A stretch of DNA of 64,000 nucleotides from an uncultured Verrucomicrobiae bacterium (GTDB lineage: Bacteria; Verrucomicrobiota; Verrucomicrobiia; Limisphaerales; UBA11358), in assembly GCA_963754775.1 (NCBI GenBank), contig CAVWHM010000023.1:19734-83733 (forward strand). The letters are read 5' to 3'. Below the pieces are notes generated by a model. The model worked only from the letters and a program-made list of their open reading frames with translations. It did not search any database and was not told the origin of the DNA. How positions within the stretch are numbered: the first letter of the stretch is position 1; each line of letters starts with the position of its first letter. This document shows, one piece after another, positions 37,020-47,634 of this stretch. The position numbers were made by a program, and so were the translations under genes.

Positions 37020-38243
37020 GCTGTTGCCAGGTTTTCTTCGAGCACTTTCGACCGTGCAGCATTTTCACTCGCGTCTGGCGCAGGCGGATTTTCCTGCACT
37101 TTTATCGGCTCGTAGAATGTGTTGCGCTGGACCGGCGTGCGGCCGGCTTCGCGGATGGCTTTGAGCATGGCCGCCTCGGTCTGCAATTGCGGCGAGGTCG
37201 CGCCGGCCATGTGGAAAATGTGTTCCTCAATGATTGTGCCGTGCAAATCGTCCGCGCCGTAGCTCAATGCCACCTGCGCCAGTTTCAGGCCCAGGCCGAC
37301 CCAATACGCGGTGATGTGGTCGAAGTTGTCGAGGTAGATGCGGCTGACGGCAATGGTGCGCAGCGAATCGAAGCCCGTCGGCGGTTTTTCGACCGGGATA
37401 TCGTTGTCCTCCGGCTGATACGCCAGCGGCACGAAGCCGACGAAACCGTGCGTTTCGTCCTGCAACGCGCGCAACTGCCGCAGATGATCCACGCGGTCGG
37501 CCAGCGATTCGACGTGGCCGTAAAGCATCGTGCAGGTGCTGCGTCCGCCCATGCGATGCCACGTGCGATGCACGTCCAGATATTCCTCGGCGGATTCCTT
37601 GCCCTTGGCGATGGCTGAGCGGACTTCCTTGCGGAAGATTTCCGCGCCGCCACCGGTGAGTGAATCGAGTCCGGCGGCCTTCAATTCAGTCAAGGTCTGC
37701 TCGACGGATTTTTTGGCGAGCCAGGCGAGATGGAGGATTTCGATGGCGGTGAAGCATTTGAGGTGCAGACGCGTGGCAGGGACGAGCTGCTGCTCGTCCT
37801 GGCCGCGACGGCAGCGCGGCCCTACCATCGGAGTCGAGTGCACGCAGCGCTTTCAGCATGTCGGTGTAATAAGTGAACGGCAGCGACGGATGCAGGCCGC
37901 CGACGATGTGCAGTTCAGTGATGCCGATAGCCAGCGCCTCGCGCGCTTTTTGCACGATCTGATCGGTGGTGAACTCGAAGCCGTCGGCGTCGCGTTTCTT
38001 GCGCGCGAACGAGCAGAACTGGCACGACAGGATGCAATAGTTCGAGTAGTTGACGTAGCGATTGATGATGTAGCTGGCGCGGTTGCCGACTTTTTTCTGG
38101 CGCGCCAGGTCCGCGATGGCGCCGACGGCGTTCAAATCCCTGGACTCAAACAGCCGGAGCGCGTCAGTCTCGGAAATGCGTTCGCCGGCGGCGACCTTGT
38201 CATAAAGGTCACGCAACTCGCTGCGTTGAACGAAAAAGTTCAT
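37016..38243 (-). CDS. mqnE: Aminofutalosine synthase (radical SAM); frameshift inside an inserted repeat at about 37808
   Basis: NYSNYCILSCQFCSF, HIVGGLHP, GGGAEIF, SRIYLDNFDHITAYW. Confidence 0.85.
37775..37826 (-). repeat. Family B double hairpin (52 bp) inside mqnE
   Basis: GGTAGG GCCGCG ctgccgt CGCGGC cag GACGAG cagcag CTCGTC CCTGCC on the minus strand. Confidence 0.85.
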
Positions 38244-38439
38244 TTTTCAAGTAGCGCCGATGTGAATCGGCGGACCAATCCGCGCTTTGATAAGCGCGGC
38301 GACAGGGTTAGCAGCTTTCGGGCGACAAGGCAAACTCAATCGTTGAATGGACGATCCGAGTTGAGTCGGCGCTGGCAATGCGCCAAAAACCATTCATGAT
38401 CTGGCGAAATGGCTTATCACGAGGCTGCGGGATGAATTT

Positions 38440-40575
38440 ATGGAAGAGCAGATTTTAAGATTACTGGGCCGGCGGGATTATGCGCCGGCCAATGTGCCGG
38501 AATTGCTCCGGCATCTCCGGCTGGCGCCCCATCGCCAGCAGGAATTGCAGGGGGTGCTGCGCCGGCTGGAACAGTCCGGTCAGATCGCCCGCACGAAGGG
38601 GAATCGTTACATCCAGTCGCGCGAGGCGGACCTCGTCCCGGGCCGGATTCGCATCAATCGCCAGGGGAAAGGCTTTTTGCAGCCGGACGATCCGGAGTTG
38701 AAGGAGATCATGATTCCGGAAGGGGCGACATCCACGGCGCTCCACGAAGATCGCGTGCTGGTGCGGCGCGATGTCCGGGCGAAAGGGTTGAGCCCCGGGC
38801 GCCTCGAGCAGGAGACGGGCGTGGTGATTCGCATCCTGGAACGGAAACGGACGCAACTGGTCGGCACGTTGCAGCGGGGCCGCGAGTTTCTTTACGTGAT
38901 TCCCGATGACCCGCGCATGCCACACGACATTTATGTGCCGCAACCGCGCGACGTCGGCCGGCCCGCGCGCGTCGGCGACAAGGTCGTGGTGGAGTTGCAC
39001 GAATGGGAATCGCGGCACACCAACCCGGAAGGCGAAATCATCGAGGTGCTCGGCTCGCCGGACGAGGAAGGGGTGGACATGTTGTCGGTGCTGCGTCAGT
39101 ACAACCTGCCGCTGCATTTTCCGAAGGAGGCGTTGCACGAAGCGCGGGCCATCGGGACGGCTATTTCGCCGCCGGAACTGGCCGGGCGCGAAGATTGCCG
39201 GCGGCATCAGGTCGTCACCATTGATCCGGACGACGCCAAGGATTTTGACGACGCGATTTGTCTGCAGCGGGGTTCGCCGGGACATTGGAAACTGTGGGTG
39301 CACATTGCGGACGTGTCGCATTATGTGAAACCGGGCACGGCGCTGGACAACGAAGCGCGCCGCCGGGGCAATTCAACCTATCTGGTGGACCGGGTGATCC
39401 CGATGCTGCCGGAGGCGTTGAGCAACGAGTTGTGCTCGTTGAAACCGGACGTGGATCGCCTGACCAAATGCGTGGAATTTCTGGTGTCGGACGAAGGGCA
39501 CGGGTGTTGAAGGCGAGGTTTTATCCGGCGGTGATTCATTCGCAACGCCGGTTCACTTACCGGGAAGTGCTGGCGATTTTGCAGCGGAAACCAGGCGACC
39601 GGATTGAGCAGATGTTGCATGACGCGAACACTGCTGGCCCAGCGGATCCGGCGACTGCGGTTCAAGGCGGGTTCGCTGGACCTGGATTTTCCTGAAATGA
39701 AAATCCGGCTGGATGAACAGGGCCGGGTGGAGCGCATTGAGAAGGTCGAGAACGATGTTTCCCACCAGTTGATCGAGGAATTCATGTTGCTGGCCAACGA
39801 GGCGGTGGCGGGCCAGTTGATGGGCCGGAATGTGCCGGCGATTTACCGGGTGCATGAGGAGCCGGACGAACGGCGGTTGCAGGAATATCGCGAGGAAGTG
39901 CTCAGCCATCACGTGCCCTGCGCGAATTTGACGAAGCGGCCGGAAGTTCAGAAGCTCCTGCAGAAGCTCGGCACGATTCCCATCGGCGCGGCGCTCAAGA
40001 TCGGGTTTCTCCGGTCACTCATGCGCGCCCGTTACGCGGTCGAGCCGCTCGGTCACTACGGCCTGGCCAAGACCAAATACACGCATTTCACGTCGCCCAT
40101 CCGGCGGTATGCCGACCTGGTGGTGCATCGCGCATTGTTTCAAAAGAGCCACGGCCCGGTCCATTCATTAAAGGAAACCGCGGAGCATATTTCCGATACG
40201 GAACGAAACTCCGCCGACGCCGAGCGGGACAGCAAGGACGTGAAGCTGTATGCCTTCCTGAAGGCGCAGCTCAAGTCGCCGAGGCCAACGCCGTATCCGG
40301 CGCTGGTGATTGACGTGCGCAATTTTGGTTTCTTTGTGGATGTGCCGGGGCTGGCGATGAGCGGGCTGGTGCATCTTTCCTTTCTGGAGGACGATTTTTA
40401 TGTGTTCGACTCAGACCGGAGCCAGTTGGTCGGCCGGCGTACCCGCCGGGTCATCCGGCTCGGCGACAACGTGCGGGTGCAGGTGGCCAAGGTGGACAGT
40501 TTCAAGAAGCAGGTGGATTTCCGGCTGGCTCGGGATGGCGACGAAGGACGCGACACGTTCTGCGAAAGGGCGTGA
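38440..40575 (+). CDS. rnr: Ribonuclease R; apparent frameshifts at about 39500 and 39630
   Basis: TIDPDDAKDFDDA, HIADVSHYV, LIEEFMLLAN, HFTSPIRRYADL, S1 domain, across three frames. Confidence 0.88.
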
Positions 40576-40683
40576 ATCGGATTCGAAGCACCGGCGGAAG
40601 CCGGCTGCGCGCTCGCGACGGAATTGGCGATAGGACGACGTTGTTGTAAAAGTCGAGAAACTCGCTGCGTTGGCGGAAAAAAC

Positions 40684-40778
40684 TCTCAACATTCAACTTT
40701 CAACGCCCAACCTCCAATGGTTTGGCGCGGTTGGCTTTCATTGAATTTTCGATGTTGAATGTTGAGCGTTGAATGTTC
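40684..40778. repeat. Inverted 7-mer arrays (AACnnTC / GAnnGTT) without a gene
   Basis: aacattc aactttc aacgccc aacctcc ... cgatgtt gaatgtt gagcgtt gaatgtt. Confidence 0.75.
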
Positions 40779-40786
40779 TCTTATTT

Positions 40787-41684
40787 TCAACGCAGCCGGA
40801 ACCCGCCCTGAAACACTATCTCGGCCACGGTCACAATCAAAAACACCGCGCTGACGAGGGCGTTGAGGCGGAAGAAGGCGAGGTTGATCCAGTTCAAGCT
40901 GCGGCGGCGGGCAATCCAGTGTTCCAACACCAGACAGCCAACGATGACGAACCAGCCGGCGAGATACGCGATGCGGAACTGGCAGAGCAATCCGAACAGC
41001 AGCAGCAGTCCGCACATGATCATGTGCGCCAGAAACGCGGCGGCCAGCGCGTTCTTCGGTCCCCACGCCACCACGAGCGAATGCAGGCCATGGGATTTGT
41101 CGAACTCGTAATCCTGCAGCGCGTAAATGATGTCGAATCCGACCAGCCACAACACCACCGCCAGCGCGAGCGTGGTCATCTGCAAAATTTCCAGAACGGA
41201 AACGTCCGCGCCTTTCACCGCCAGCCACGCGCCGACCGGCGCGAGCGCCAGGGAAAGGCCCAGGAAAACGTGCGTGTAATCTGTGAACCGTTTTGTGAAC
41301 GAATAGAAACAAATCACCAACAATGCGATGGGCGACAGGTAAAAGCACAATGGATTGAGAAAGCAACTGGCGACGACCAACCCCGCCGCGGACAAAATAC
41401 AAAGTGCGATTGCGCTCGTCAGCGAAATTTGTCCGGTCGGGCAAATGGCGGCTGGCCGTGCGCGGATTCAGCGCATCGAATTTTCTGTCCACAATGCGAT
41501 TGAAAGCCATCGCACAGGTTCGCGCACAAATCATCGCGGCCAGAATCAGTCCGAAAATCTTCCAGCCCGGCCAGCCACGGTGATCGCGCGCCGCCACCAT
41601 CATCGCCGCCAGCGCAAATGGCAGCGCGAAAACCGTGTGCGGGAAACGCACAAACGAAGCCCATTTTTGAATGATTGAGAACAT
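40787..41684 (-). CDS. UbiA-like prenyltransferase (MqnP-type); apparent frameshift at about 41435
   Basis: HTVFALPFA, AMAFNRIVDRKFDALNPRT, GFDIIYALQDYEFD. Confidence 0.85.
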
Positions 41685-42121
41685 CGAACGTTGAACTTTG
41701 AACGCTCGAACCTCGAACTGAACAACAAAATTACGTCGCGTGCAGGTTTTTGCGATGTTGATGCGCTTTGCTTTTTGGCCAGTTTGTTTCGTTCAGCGGT
41801 CTGGACGCTGGCTTTGAAAATCCGAATCAACTCCTCGCTCTCAACCTGCACAAAGGCAAGTTGAGGATCACCCCGCAGCCAGCGCTTTCGCTCGACCAGT
41901 TTGACCCAGCGGCACGTTTCCCGCAATTCCTTGAGGCAGATCTTCATTTTGTGGATGAAATCCTCGGCGGATTCCGGCGTTTGGGCTTCGCCATGGTTCC
42001 CATAGGGCGAGGTGCCTGACCGCAAAAGTTGGCCGGAAATGTGATTCCCCGCCCGCGAGTTTGGCAATTTTTCTGAAACATCAATCACTGCCGATGCGAA
42101 TTCCAAGGGTCGCTCTTCCAA
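41600..42121 (-). CDS. Four helix bundle protein (TIGR02436/23S-IVP-like); start and stop uncertain
   Basis: YDLEERxLEFA..LP..QLLRSGTS..N.GEA..ES..DFIHKMKICLKELRET..W. Confidence 0.85.
   Translation of the reverse strand: MEERPLEFASAVIDVSEKLPNSRAGNHISGQLLRSGTSPYGNHGEAQTPESAEDFIHKMKICLKELRETCRWVKLVERKRWLRGDPQLAFVQVESEELIRIFKASVQTAERNKLAKKQSASTSQKPARDVILLFSSRFERSKFNVRCSQSFKNGLRLCVSRTRFSRCHLRWRR
41676..41724 (+). repeat. 7-mer array (nnnGAAC)n, left arm flanking the four-helix-bundle gene
   Basis: gaac atcgaac gttgaac tttgaac gctcgaac ctcgaac. Confidence 0.8.
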
Positions 42122-42159
42122 GTCATACTTTCGGCCTCTATTCCAATCGGCGCACCTCG

Positions 42160-42250
42160 TTCGAAGTTTTTTTGTTCAGAGTTCAAAGTTCGATGTTCGA
42201 GGTTCAAAGTTTCCGCCATTTGATTCGGTATCGGATGTTCGATGTTCGAT
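42160..42250 (+). repeat. 7-mer arrays (GTTCnnn)n, right arm, inverted relative to the left arm
   Basis: gttcaga gttcaaa gttcgat gttcgag gttcaaa ... gatgttc gatgttc gat. Confidence 0.8.
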
Positions 42251-42260
42251 TTTTCCCATA

Positions 42261-42818
42261 TCATTCCTTTTCCTCCGCCCAGCGCGAAACAAGTTGTTGC
42301 GGCAGCCCCAGATGGTCCAGCACACGCGCGACCACGGTGTCCACGACATCCTGGACGGTTTTCGGATTCGAGTAAAAACCCGGGTTCGCCGGCAGAATCG
42401 TCGCGCCCGCCTGCAGCAGCAATTCCATGTTTTTGACGTGGACGAGGCTCAATGGCGTTTCGCGCGGGACCAGAATCAACTTTCTTCGTTCCTTCAAAAC
42501 CACGTCCGCGGCGCGGAGCAGCACGTCCTCGCTGTAACCGTGCGCGATGCGGCCCATCGTGCCCATCGTGCAGGGGATGACGACCATGGCATCCGGCGGA
42601 TTCGAGCCGCTGGCGAACGGCGCGTTCATGCTTTTGACGTTGTGTGTCTTGACCCCGGCGGGCAGGCGCAGGCCGCCGGGCAATTCCCCGGCAATGACCT
42701 GTTGCGCGTAATTGCTCATCACGACGTGCAATTCGTGCTGGCGCGGGTCGAGATTGTCCAGCAGACGCTGCGCGTAAAGCGCGCCACTGGCTCCGGTGAT
42801 GGCGACTAAAATCTTCAC
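42261..42818 (-). CDS. ubiX: Flavin prenyltransferase UbiX
   Basis: AITGASG, ASGS, RAADVVLKERRKLILVPRETP, PGFY. Confidence 0.93.
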   Translation of the reverse strand: MKILVAITGASGALYAQRLLDNLDPRQHELHVVMSNYAQQVIAGELPGGLRLPAGVKTHNVKSMNAPFASGSNPPDAMVVIPCTMGTMGRIAHGYSEDVLLRAADVVLKERRKLILVPRETPLSLVHVKNMELLLQAGATILPANPGFYSNPKTVQDVVDTVVARVLDHLGLPQQLVSRWAEEKE

Positions 42819-42881
42819 TCCCGCAAATGATGACGGCGCAATTCATTCGCAGCAAGCACAACAAAGTTTCCGTGCCGGCAA

Positions 42882-42956
42882 ATTTGCGATATACGATTTA
42901 CGATTGACGCGATTTGCTCCGGTGCGCACGTCAATCGTAAATCGCAAATCGTAAAT
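42882..42956. repeat. Inverted 7-mer arrays (ATTTACG / CGTAAAT)
   Basis: atttgcg atatacg atttacg attgac ... gtcaat cgtaaat cgcaaat cgtaaat. Confidence 0.75.
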
Positions 42957-43001
42957 GAGGAAACAGCTTGAGTCCGACTTTGCCTTCCGCACAATGGCCG
43001 C

Positions 43002-44090
43002 GTGTTAAAACCGGCTGGCATCTTTTTTATTGCGGTATTTTTTTTGGCGGGCTGCGCAACCGCGCCATACCGCGCGCCCAACGAGCCGTTGCCGCCCAAC
43101 TGGGCGGCGACCAATGAACTTCAACAACTGCAAATTCCCCAACCGCCGCGGCCCAGCGCCCCGGTCGTTTACCCGAAGCCGCCGCCAACGAACGTCGTCC
43201 GTCCCGCGCCGGTGACAACGTGGCTCTCACTCAGCCGCTGGGCTGCCGAACACAAAACCGGCACGCCGCATTTACTGTCCAGTCTCCCGATGGCCACGTA
43301 TGCAATTGGTTCGGCAACCGGCGTGATGACTTTGGAGATCGGCAGCCGTGAAGCGACCTGGAACGGCATTGAAATCAATCTCGGCTTTGAACCGCAACTC
43401 ATCGACGGCCAGATTTTCCTGCACGAACTCGATTTGCAGAGAAACCTTGAACCGCTTTTGTGCGACCCGCCGCTGACGTTCAGCACCAACCGCGTCATCA
43501 TGATTGACCCCGGCCACGGCGGGTCGAATACCGGCACCCACAGCGTGCTCGACGGCCGGTTTGAAAAGGAATTCACGCTCGACCTGGCATTGCAGCTCGC
43601 GCCCTTGCTGGCGACCAACGGCTGGATGGTCTTCCTCACGCGCACGAACGACGTGGACGTTTCGCTGGACGACCGCGCCGCGTGCGCCGAAGCGCATCAC
43701 GCGGATTTGTTCATCAGCCTGCATTTCAATTCCGCCGCGCCGAACGAAAAACAGGCCGGCCTCGAAACGTATTGCCTCACACCGACGGGCATGTCTTCAA
43801 CTCTGATACGCGGTTACAACGATTTCTGGTCGGATAGTTTTTCCAACAACGGCTTCGACGCCGAAAATTTGCAACTCGCCGTCCGCCTGCACGCGGCACT
43901 GCTGCGGACTACCGGTCTGGAAGACCGCGGGGTGCGGCGCGCGCGGTTCATCGGGGTGCTGCACGACCAACACCGGCCCGCCGTGCTCATCGAGTGCGGG
44001 TACCTGTCCAATCCGCACGAGGCGAAATTGATTGAATCCCCGGAGTTCCGGCAGAAACTGGCGGAAGCCATTGCCAACGCGCTTAAATGA
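43002..44090 (+). CDS. N-acetylmuramoyl-L-alanine amidase (Amidase_3) lipoprotein
   Basis: LAGC lipobox; IDPGHGG, EK, FISLHFN, VLIECGYLSN. Confidence 0.9.
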   Translation: MLKPAGIFFIAVFFLAGCATAPYRAPNEPLPPNWAATNELQQLQIPQPPRPSAPVVYPKPPPTNVVRPAPVTTWLSLSRWAAEHKTGTPHLLSSLPMATYAIGSATGVMTLEIGSREATWNGIEINLGFEPQLIDGQIFLHELDLQRNLEPLLCDPPLTFSTNRVIMIDPGHGGSNTGTHSVLDGRFEKEFTLDLALQLAPLLATNGWMVFLTRTNDVDVSLDDRAACAEAHHADLFISLHFNSAAPNEKQAGLETYCLTPTGMSSTLIRGYNDFWSDSFSNNGFDAENLQLAVRLHAALLRTTGLEDRGVRRARFIGVLHDQHRPAVLIECGYLSNPHEAKLIESPEFRQKLAEAIANALK

Positions 44091-44130
44091 AAACGGACCG
44101 TTGCATCGGTGAATCGAAATTCGGAGACGG

Positions 44131-44206
44131 CGTAGCGGCTTCTCGGCAAAGAGCCGCATTCCCGATTTTTTTGAAACTACCGGCGCGCTGCCGAGGCGCC
44201 GCTACG
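44131..44206. repeat. CGTAG REP-like doublet (family E)
   Basis: CGTAGCGGCTTCTCGGCA...TGCCGAGGCGCCGCTACG; matches 21777-21847. Confidence 0.8.
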
Positions 44207-44235
44207 GTCAATTGGAAGTTTCACCCGCCTTGCGA

Positions 44236-45288
44236 ATGAAACATATTCTTGTCACAGGCGGGGCTGGATTTATTGGATCGCATTTGGTTGAACGACTGCT
44301 CAACGACGGCAGACGCGTCGTCGTCATTGACGATCTCTCGACCGGCCGGCTGGAAAATCTTGCGGCGGTGAAATCAAATCCGCGGCTGCGAATCGTCAAA
44401 TCCAAAATTTCCACGTGTGCCGAATTGCCAAAACTGGCCGCGAATGCGGAATTTATTTTCCATCTGGCTGCGACCGTGGGCGTTGAACTCGTCGTCAAAT
44501 CGGCGCTGCACGTTCTGGAAGCAAGCTTCCACGAAACACAGATTTTGCTGCGCGCCGCTGCCGCGAACCGCACGCCGCTACTGCTGACCTCGACCTCGGA
44601 AGTTTATGGCAAGAGCGCGAAGCCGGCGTTCGGCGAGGACGACGATCTGCTCATCGGCCCGCCGGGGCAATCACGTTGGAGTTACGCGTGCTCGAAACTC
44701 ACCGACGAATTTCTCGCGCTGGCCTACGCGCGCGAAAAAAACCTGCCCGTCACCATCGCGCGGCTGTTCAACACCGTCGGCCCGCGCCAGACCGGGCGTT
44801 ACGGCATGGTGCTGCCCCGCTTCATCGCCGCGGCGAAAAAAAGCGAACCGCTGAAAGTCTTTGGCAACGGCAGGCAGACGCGGTGTTTTTGTCACGTACA
44901 CGACGCGGTGGAAGCGTTGGTGCGGTTGCAAAGAGTAGCGCAGGCGTCTCGCCTGCCATTGAAATCTGCAGGCGGGACGCCTGCGCTACAGGAGAAATGC
45001 GTCTTCGGAGAAATTTTCAACATCGGCGGCACGGAGGAAATTAGCATCCTTGAACTCGCGCGGCTGGTGGTCAAAACGCTTGGCTCGAAATCGAAGATTC
45101 AAATCGTGCCGTATGACAAGGCGTATCCGGTTTCGTCCACGGGCTACGGCGTCACTGGCGTGCCGAGTTTTGACGACATGCGGCGCCGCAAGCCGCTGGT
45201 GAAAAAACTTGAACGCTTTGTGAAGTTCCGACCCGCGCACGCCGTTGCGCGAAATCATCCGGATGACGGCGAAATAAAAAATGCGTGA
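44236..45288 (+). CDS. NAD-dependent epimerase/dehydratase; likely true stop at 45277 after an indel at about 45233
   Basis: TGGAGFIGSH, STSEVYG, YACSK, RLFNTVGPRQ. Confidence 0.88.
   Translation: MKHILVTGGAGFIGSHLVERLLNDGRRVVVIDDLSTGRLENLAAVKSNPRLRIVKSKISTCAELPKLAANAEFIFHLAATVGVELVVKSALHVLEASFHETQILLRAAAANRTPLLLTSTSEVYGKSAKPAFGEDDDLLIGPPGQSRWSYACSKLTDEFLALAYAREKNLPVTIARLFNTVGPRQTGRYGMVLPRFIAAAKKSEPLKVFGNGRQTRCFCHVHDAVEALVRLQRVAQASRLPLKSAGGTPALQEKCVFGEIFNIGGTEEISILELARLVVKTLGSKSKIQIVPYDKAYPVSSTGYGVTGVPSFDDMRRRKPLVKKLERFVKFRPAHAVARNHPDDGEIKNA
44935..44989 (+). repeat. Family A GTAG doublet in frame in the epimerase
   Basis: GTAGCGCAGGCGTCTCGCCTGC...GCAGGCGGGACGCCTGCGCTAC; peptide VAQASRLPLKSAGGTPALQ. 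Confidence 0.88.
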
Positions 45289-45319
45289 AGAGCATGAAGT
45301 GAGCGGAGAAATTTGAAGG

Positions 45320-45721
45320 CTACTTGGAAACGTTCTCGTTGGTTGCCTTCAATGCTGCTGCAACCATACTGTCCATATTGGTATCATCATTGTGATGTGG
45401 ATACTTGGCGCGATACTCAGCAACCCTCCGAAGAAAATTCTGATAATTCTTGGCATGTTCAATCGCTGGATTTTCTTTCACGATTGCACTCAATGACACG
45501 ACTCCGATATCAAGCTCTTCTTCCAAATTATCAGAGACTGCATTCGTATTTCCTGACCGTAATTCATTAAGGGTGGTGTATGCATCTGCCGCCCGTCCAA
45601 ACTCATCGGTTACTATCACGCTGCTTACCGTGTGTACATAACGGGTGCGCTCAATGTAAAAACCCACAACGCCGCCCGCGATGAGCGCGCATAACGCGAC
45701 TACAAAACATGCCTTCTTCAT
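45320..45721 (-). CDS. Hypothetical exported protein (lower GC)
   Basis: 133 aa ORF with an N-terminal TM segment. Confidence 0.55.
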   Translation of the reverse strand: MKKACFVVALCALIAGGVVGFYIERTRYVHTVSSVIVTDEFGRAADAYTTLNELRSGNTNAVSDNLEEELDIGVVSLSAIVKENPAIEHAKNYQNFLRRVAEYRAKYPHHNDDTNMDSMVAAALKATNENVSK

Positions 45722-45754
45722 ACTTGGCTTATAGCATCAAAACCAAATTCATCG

Positions 45755-46277
45755 TCAAAAATTAACGCCTTCCCGCGCGAGCAAACTGCGTTTCCAATCC
45801 AATCCGCCGGAGAAGCCGCCCAGTTTTTTGTTCGCCGCCAAGACGCGGTGGCACGGCACAAAAACCGGGACCGGATTCGCCCCGCACGCGCCACCCACGG
45901 CGCGGACGGCTTTGGGCTTGCCAATCGCCTGCGCGATTTCGCCGTAGCTTTTCGTCCGGCCAGTGGAAATCTTCCGCAGGGCGTTCCAGACGCGTTTCTG
46001 AAATTCCGTTCCACCGCTCAAATCTAGCGGCGGCAAATTTTTTGGTTTGCGCCCGGCCAGGGAGCTTTTCAATCCGGCCGCTCGTCGCCCGATGCCAGCG
46101 GAGGATTTTGGCAGGGATTTTATTGGTAGGGACGCGCTGCTGCGCGTCCTGGCCGACCAGCAGGTCGGCCCTACCACCGCCAGGAAAATTGAGTTCAGCC
46201 AATCCTTTGGCGGAATAGCGTGCGATGAATTGGCCATCGGCCGTGGGAATGGACAGCTTGAAGAATTGATTCTTCAT
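45755..46277 (-). CDS. ogt: Methylated-DNA-protein-cysteine methyltransferase; apparent frameshift at about 46080
   Basis: GTEFQKRVW, SYGEIA, RAVG, VPCHRV. Confidence 0.88.
46125..46175 (-). repeat. Family B double hairpin (51 bp) in frame in ogt
   Basis: Peptide GRADLLVGQDAQQRVPT. Confidence 0.88.
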
Positions 46278-46290
46278 GGGCGTGATTCGG

Positions 46291-46809
46291 TCAGTGGTTG
46301 CGCAGATAGACCAGGAAGGTGCCGAGCAGCACCACAAACAGAAAAATGGCGAACGCGATGAAACGGTTGCGCGCCACGCGTTTTTCGTAACGCAACGGGC
46401 GCAGGCCGCGAACGCCGCCGGCGGCCAGATACGTGACCAGCCGCGGGTTGGAAGCCACCGGCCGGCTGAATCGCCGGCGAAGGCGCTGGATGAACGCGGG
46501 TAAATCGTATTTGCGCACGCCGAGTTCGTTGAATTGATCGGGCGTGGCGGTCTCGTCGTTGGCCGGGAGCGGTTTGACCTCCTCAAAGACCGGTTCTTGC
46601 GCGGGCGGGGACGGCGGCGGTTCGTGCGTGCGGTCAATGGTCGCGCCATGCGGAATGGCGGTGGAACGCAGGCGCGGCGCGGGATTGTGCTGAATTTGCG
46701 TGTCGAGCCTTTTGATTTCGGCTTCGAGCGCGGCGATCTGGCCGTTCAAGGTGCGTGCGCGGTCGGAAATCGGGTCAACCGTTTTCGCCTTTTTTTTCGC
46801 GAACGCCAT
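46291..46809 (-). CDS. Hypothetical protein (coiled coil plus C-terminal TM)
   Basis: 172 aa ORF with host-like codon usage. Confidence 0.65.
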   Translation of the reverse strand: MAFAKKKAKTVDPISDRARTLNGQIAALEAEIKRLDTQIQHNPAPRLRSTAIPHGATIDRTHEPPPSPPAQEPVFEEVKPLPANDETATPDQFNELGVRKYDLPAFIQRLRRRFSRPVASNPRLVTYLAAGGVRGLRPLRYEKRVARNRFIAFAIFLFVVLLGTFLVYLRNH

Positions 46810-46822
46810 ACGACTTCAACTT

Positions 46823-47494
46823 TCAGTGACGCAACAAAACGGCCAGCATCAAACCCAGCGCGAGCAACGCGACGAGCGCCAGCGGCCACGTCAGCGCCAG
46901 GCCGAACTTGCACAGTTCGCCGAAACTGTGCGTGGCGAAGGGTGATGCGGCGGGCGGCGGCGCGCTTTCGGTTTCCGGGTTGGCCGGGGTTTCGCCGGAC
47001 AGGATGGGAAACTTGAGCCGTGCGGCGTTCCATTCCATGCGCGCGTTTTCGATGGTGGTCAGTCCGCGCGTGAGTTCGACACTGAAATTATCCTTGTTCC
47101 AGGTTTCCTCATGGATGCCCTGGATTTTGTCGAGGGCGTCGCGGAAATCGGCGACGGTCTTGACCATTTGCTCGGCGTCGCGGCGGGCGTTGAACTCGGC
47201 TTCTTCGAGCAGACCGAGGCCGCGCGTGAGGCTGTGCACCATTTCCTGCCGGCCGGTCTGAAATTCATTCTGGCGGCGGCGCAATTCCTCGAGCGCGGCG
47301 CGTTCGCGTTCCAAACCCTCCTGCGCGCGTTTGAGTTCGGCGAGCTTTTGCTGCGCCTCGACGACCTTGCGGTCCACCTCCTCGCGCGTGGGCGCGCGGA
47401 GCGGATCGCCGGCGGGCGCGGGGTTTCCGTAAGGCGATTTCTGGGTTTGAAAATCGGTGTCCACAAATTCGGTTGTATCGTATTCAGCAGCCAT
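46823..47494 (-). CDS. Hypothetical coiled-coil protein with a C-terminal TM anchor
   Basis: 223 aa ORF, heptad-rich. Confidence 0.65.
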   Translation of the reverse strand: MAAEYDTTEFVDTDFQTQKSPYGNPAPAGDPLRAPTREEVDRKVVEAQQKLAELKRAQEGLERERAALEELRRRQNEFQTGRQEMVHSLTRGLGLLEEAEFNARRDAEQMVKTVADFRDALDKIQGIHEETWNKDNFSVELTRGLTTIENARMEWNAARLKFPILSGETPANPETESAPPPAASPFATHSFGELCKFGLALTWPLALVALLALGLMLAVLLRH

Positions 47495-47634
47495 GAAACG
47501 ACTTTAGTCCCCGCGCGCGAACCTGTAAAGCGGCGTATTGAACTTTTACCCGGCGCGTCGTCACGAAAATTTTTCATTCTGTCTGTTGATTTCCGTGTGC
47601 AGCGTTTTATAGTTCGGTCGATTCGACACATGAG

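Noticed and set aside
38440-40575. Programmed ribosomal frameshifting in rnr and other split genes
   Set aside because: No slippery heptamers at the breaks; many unrelated genes are affected
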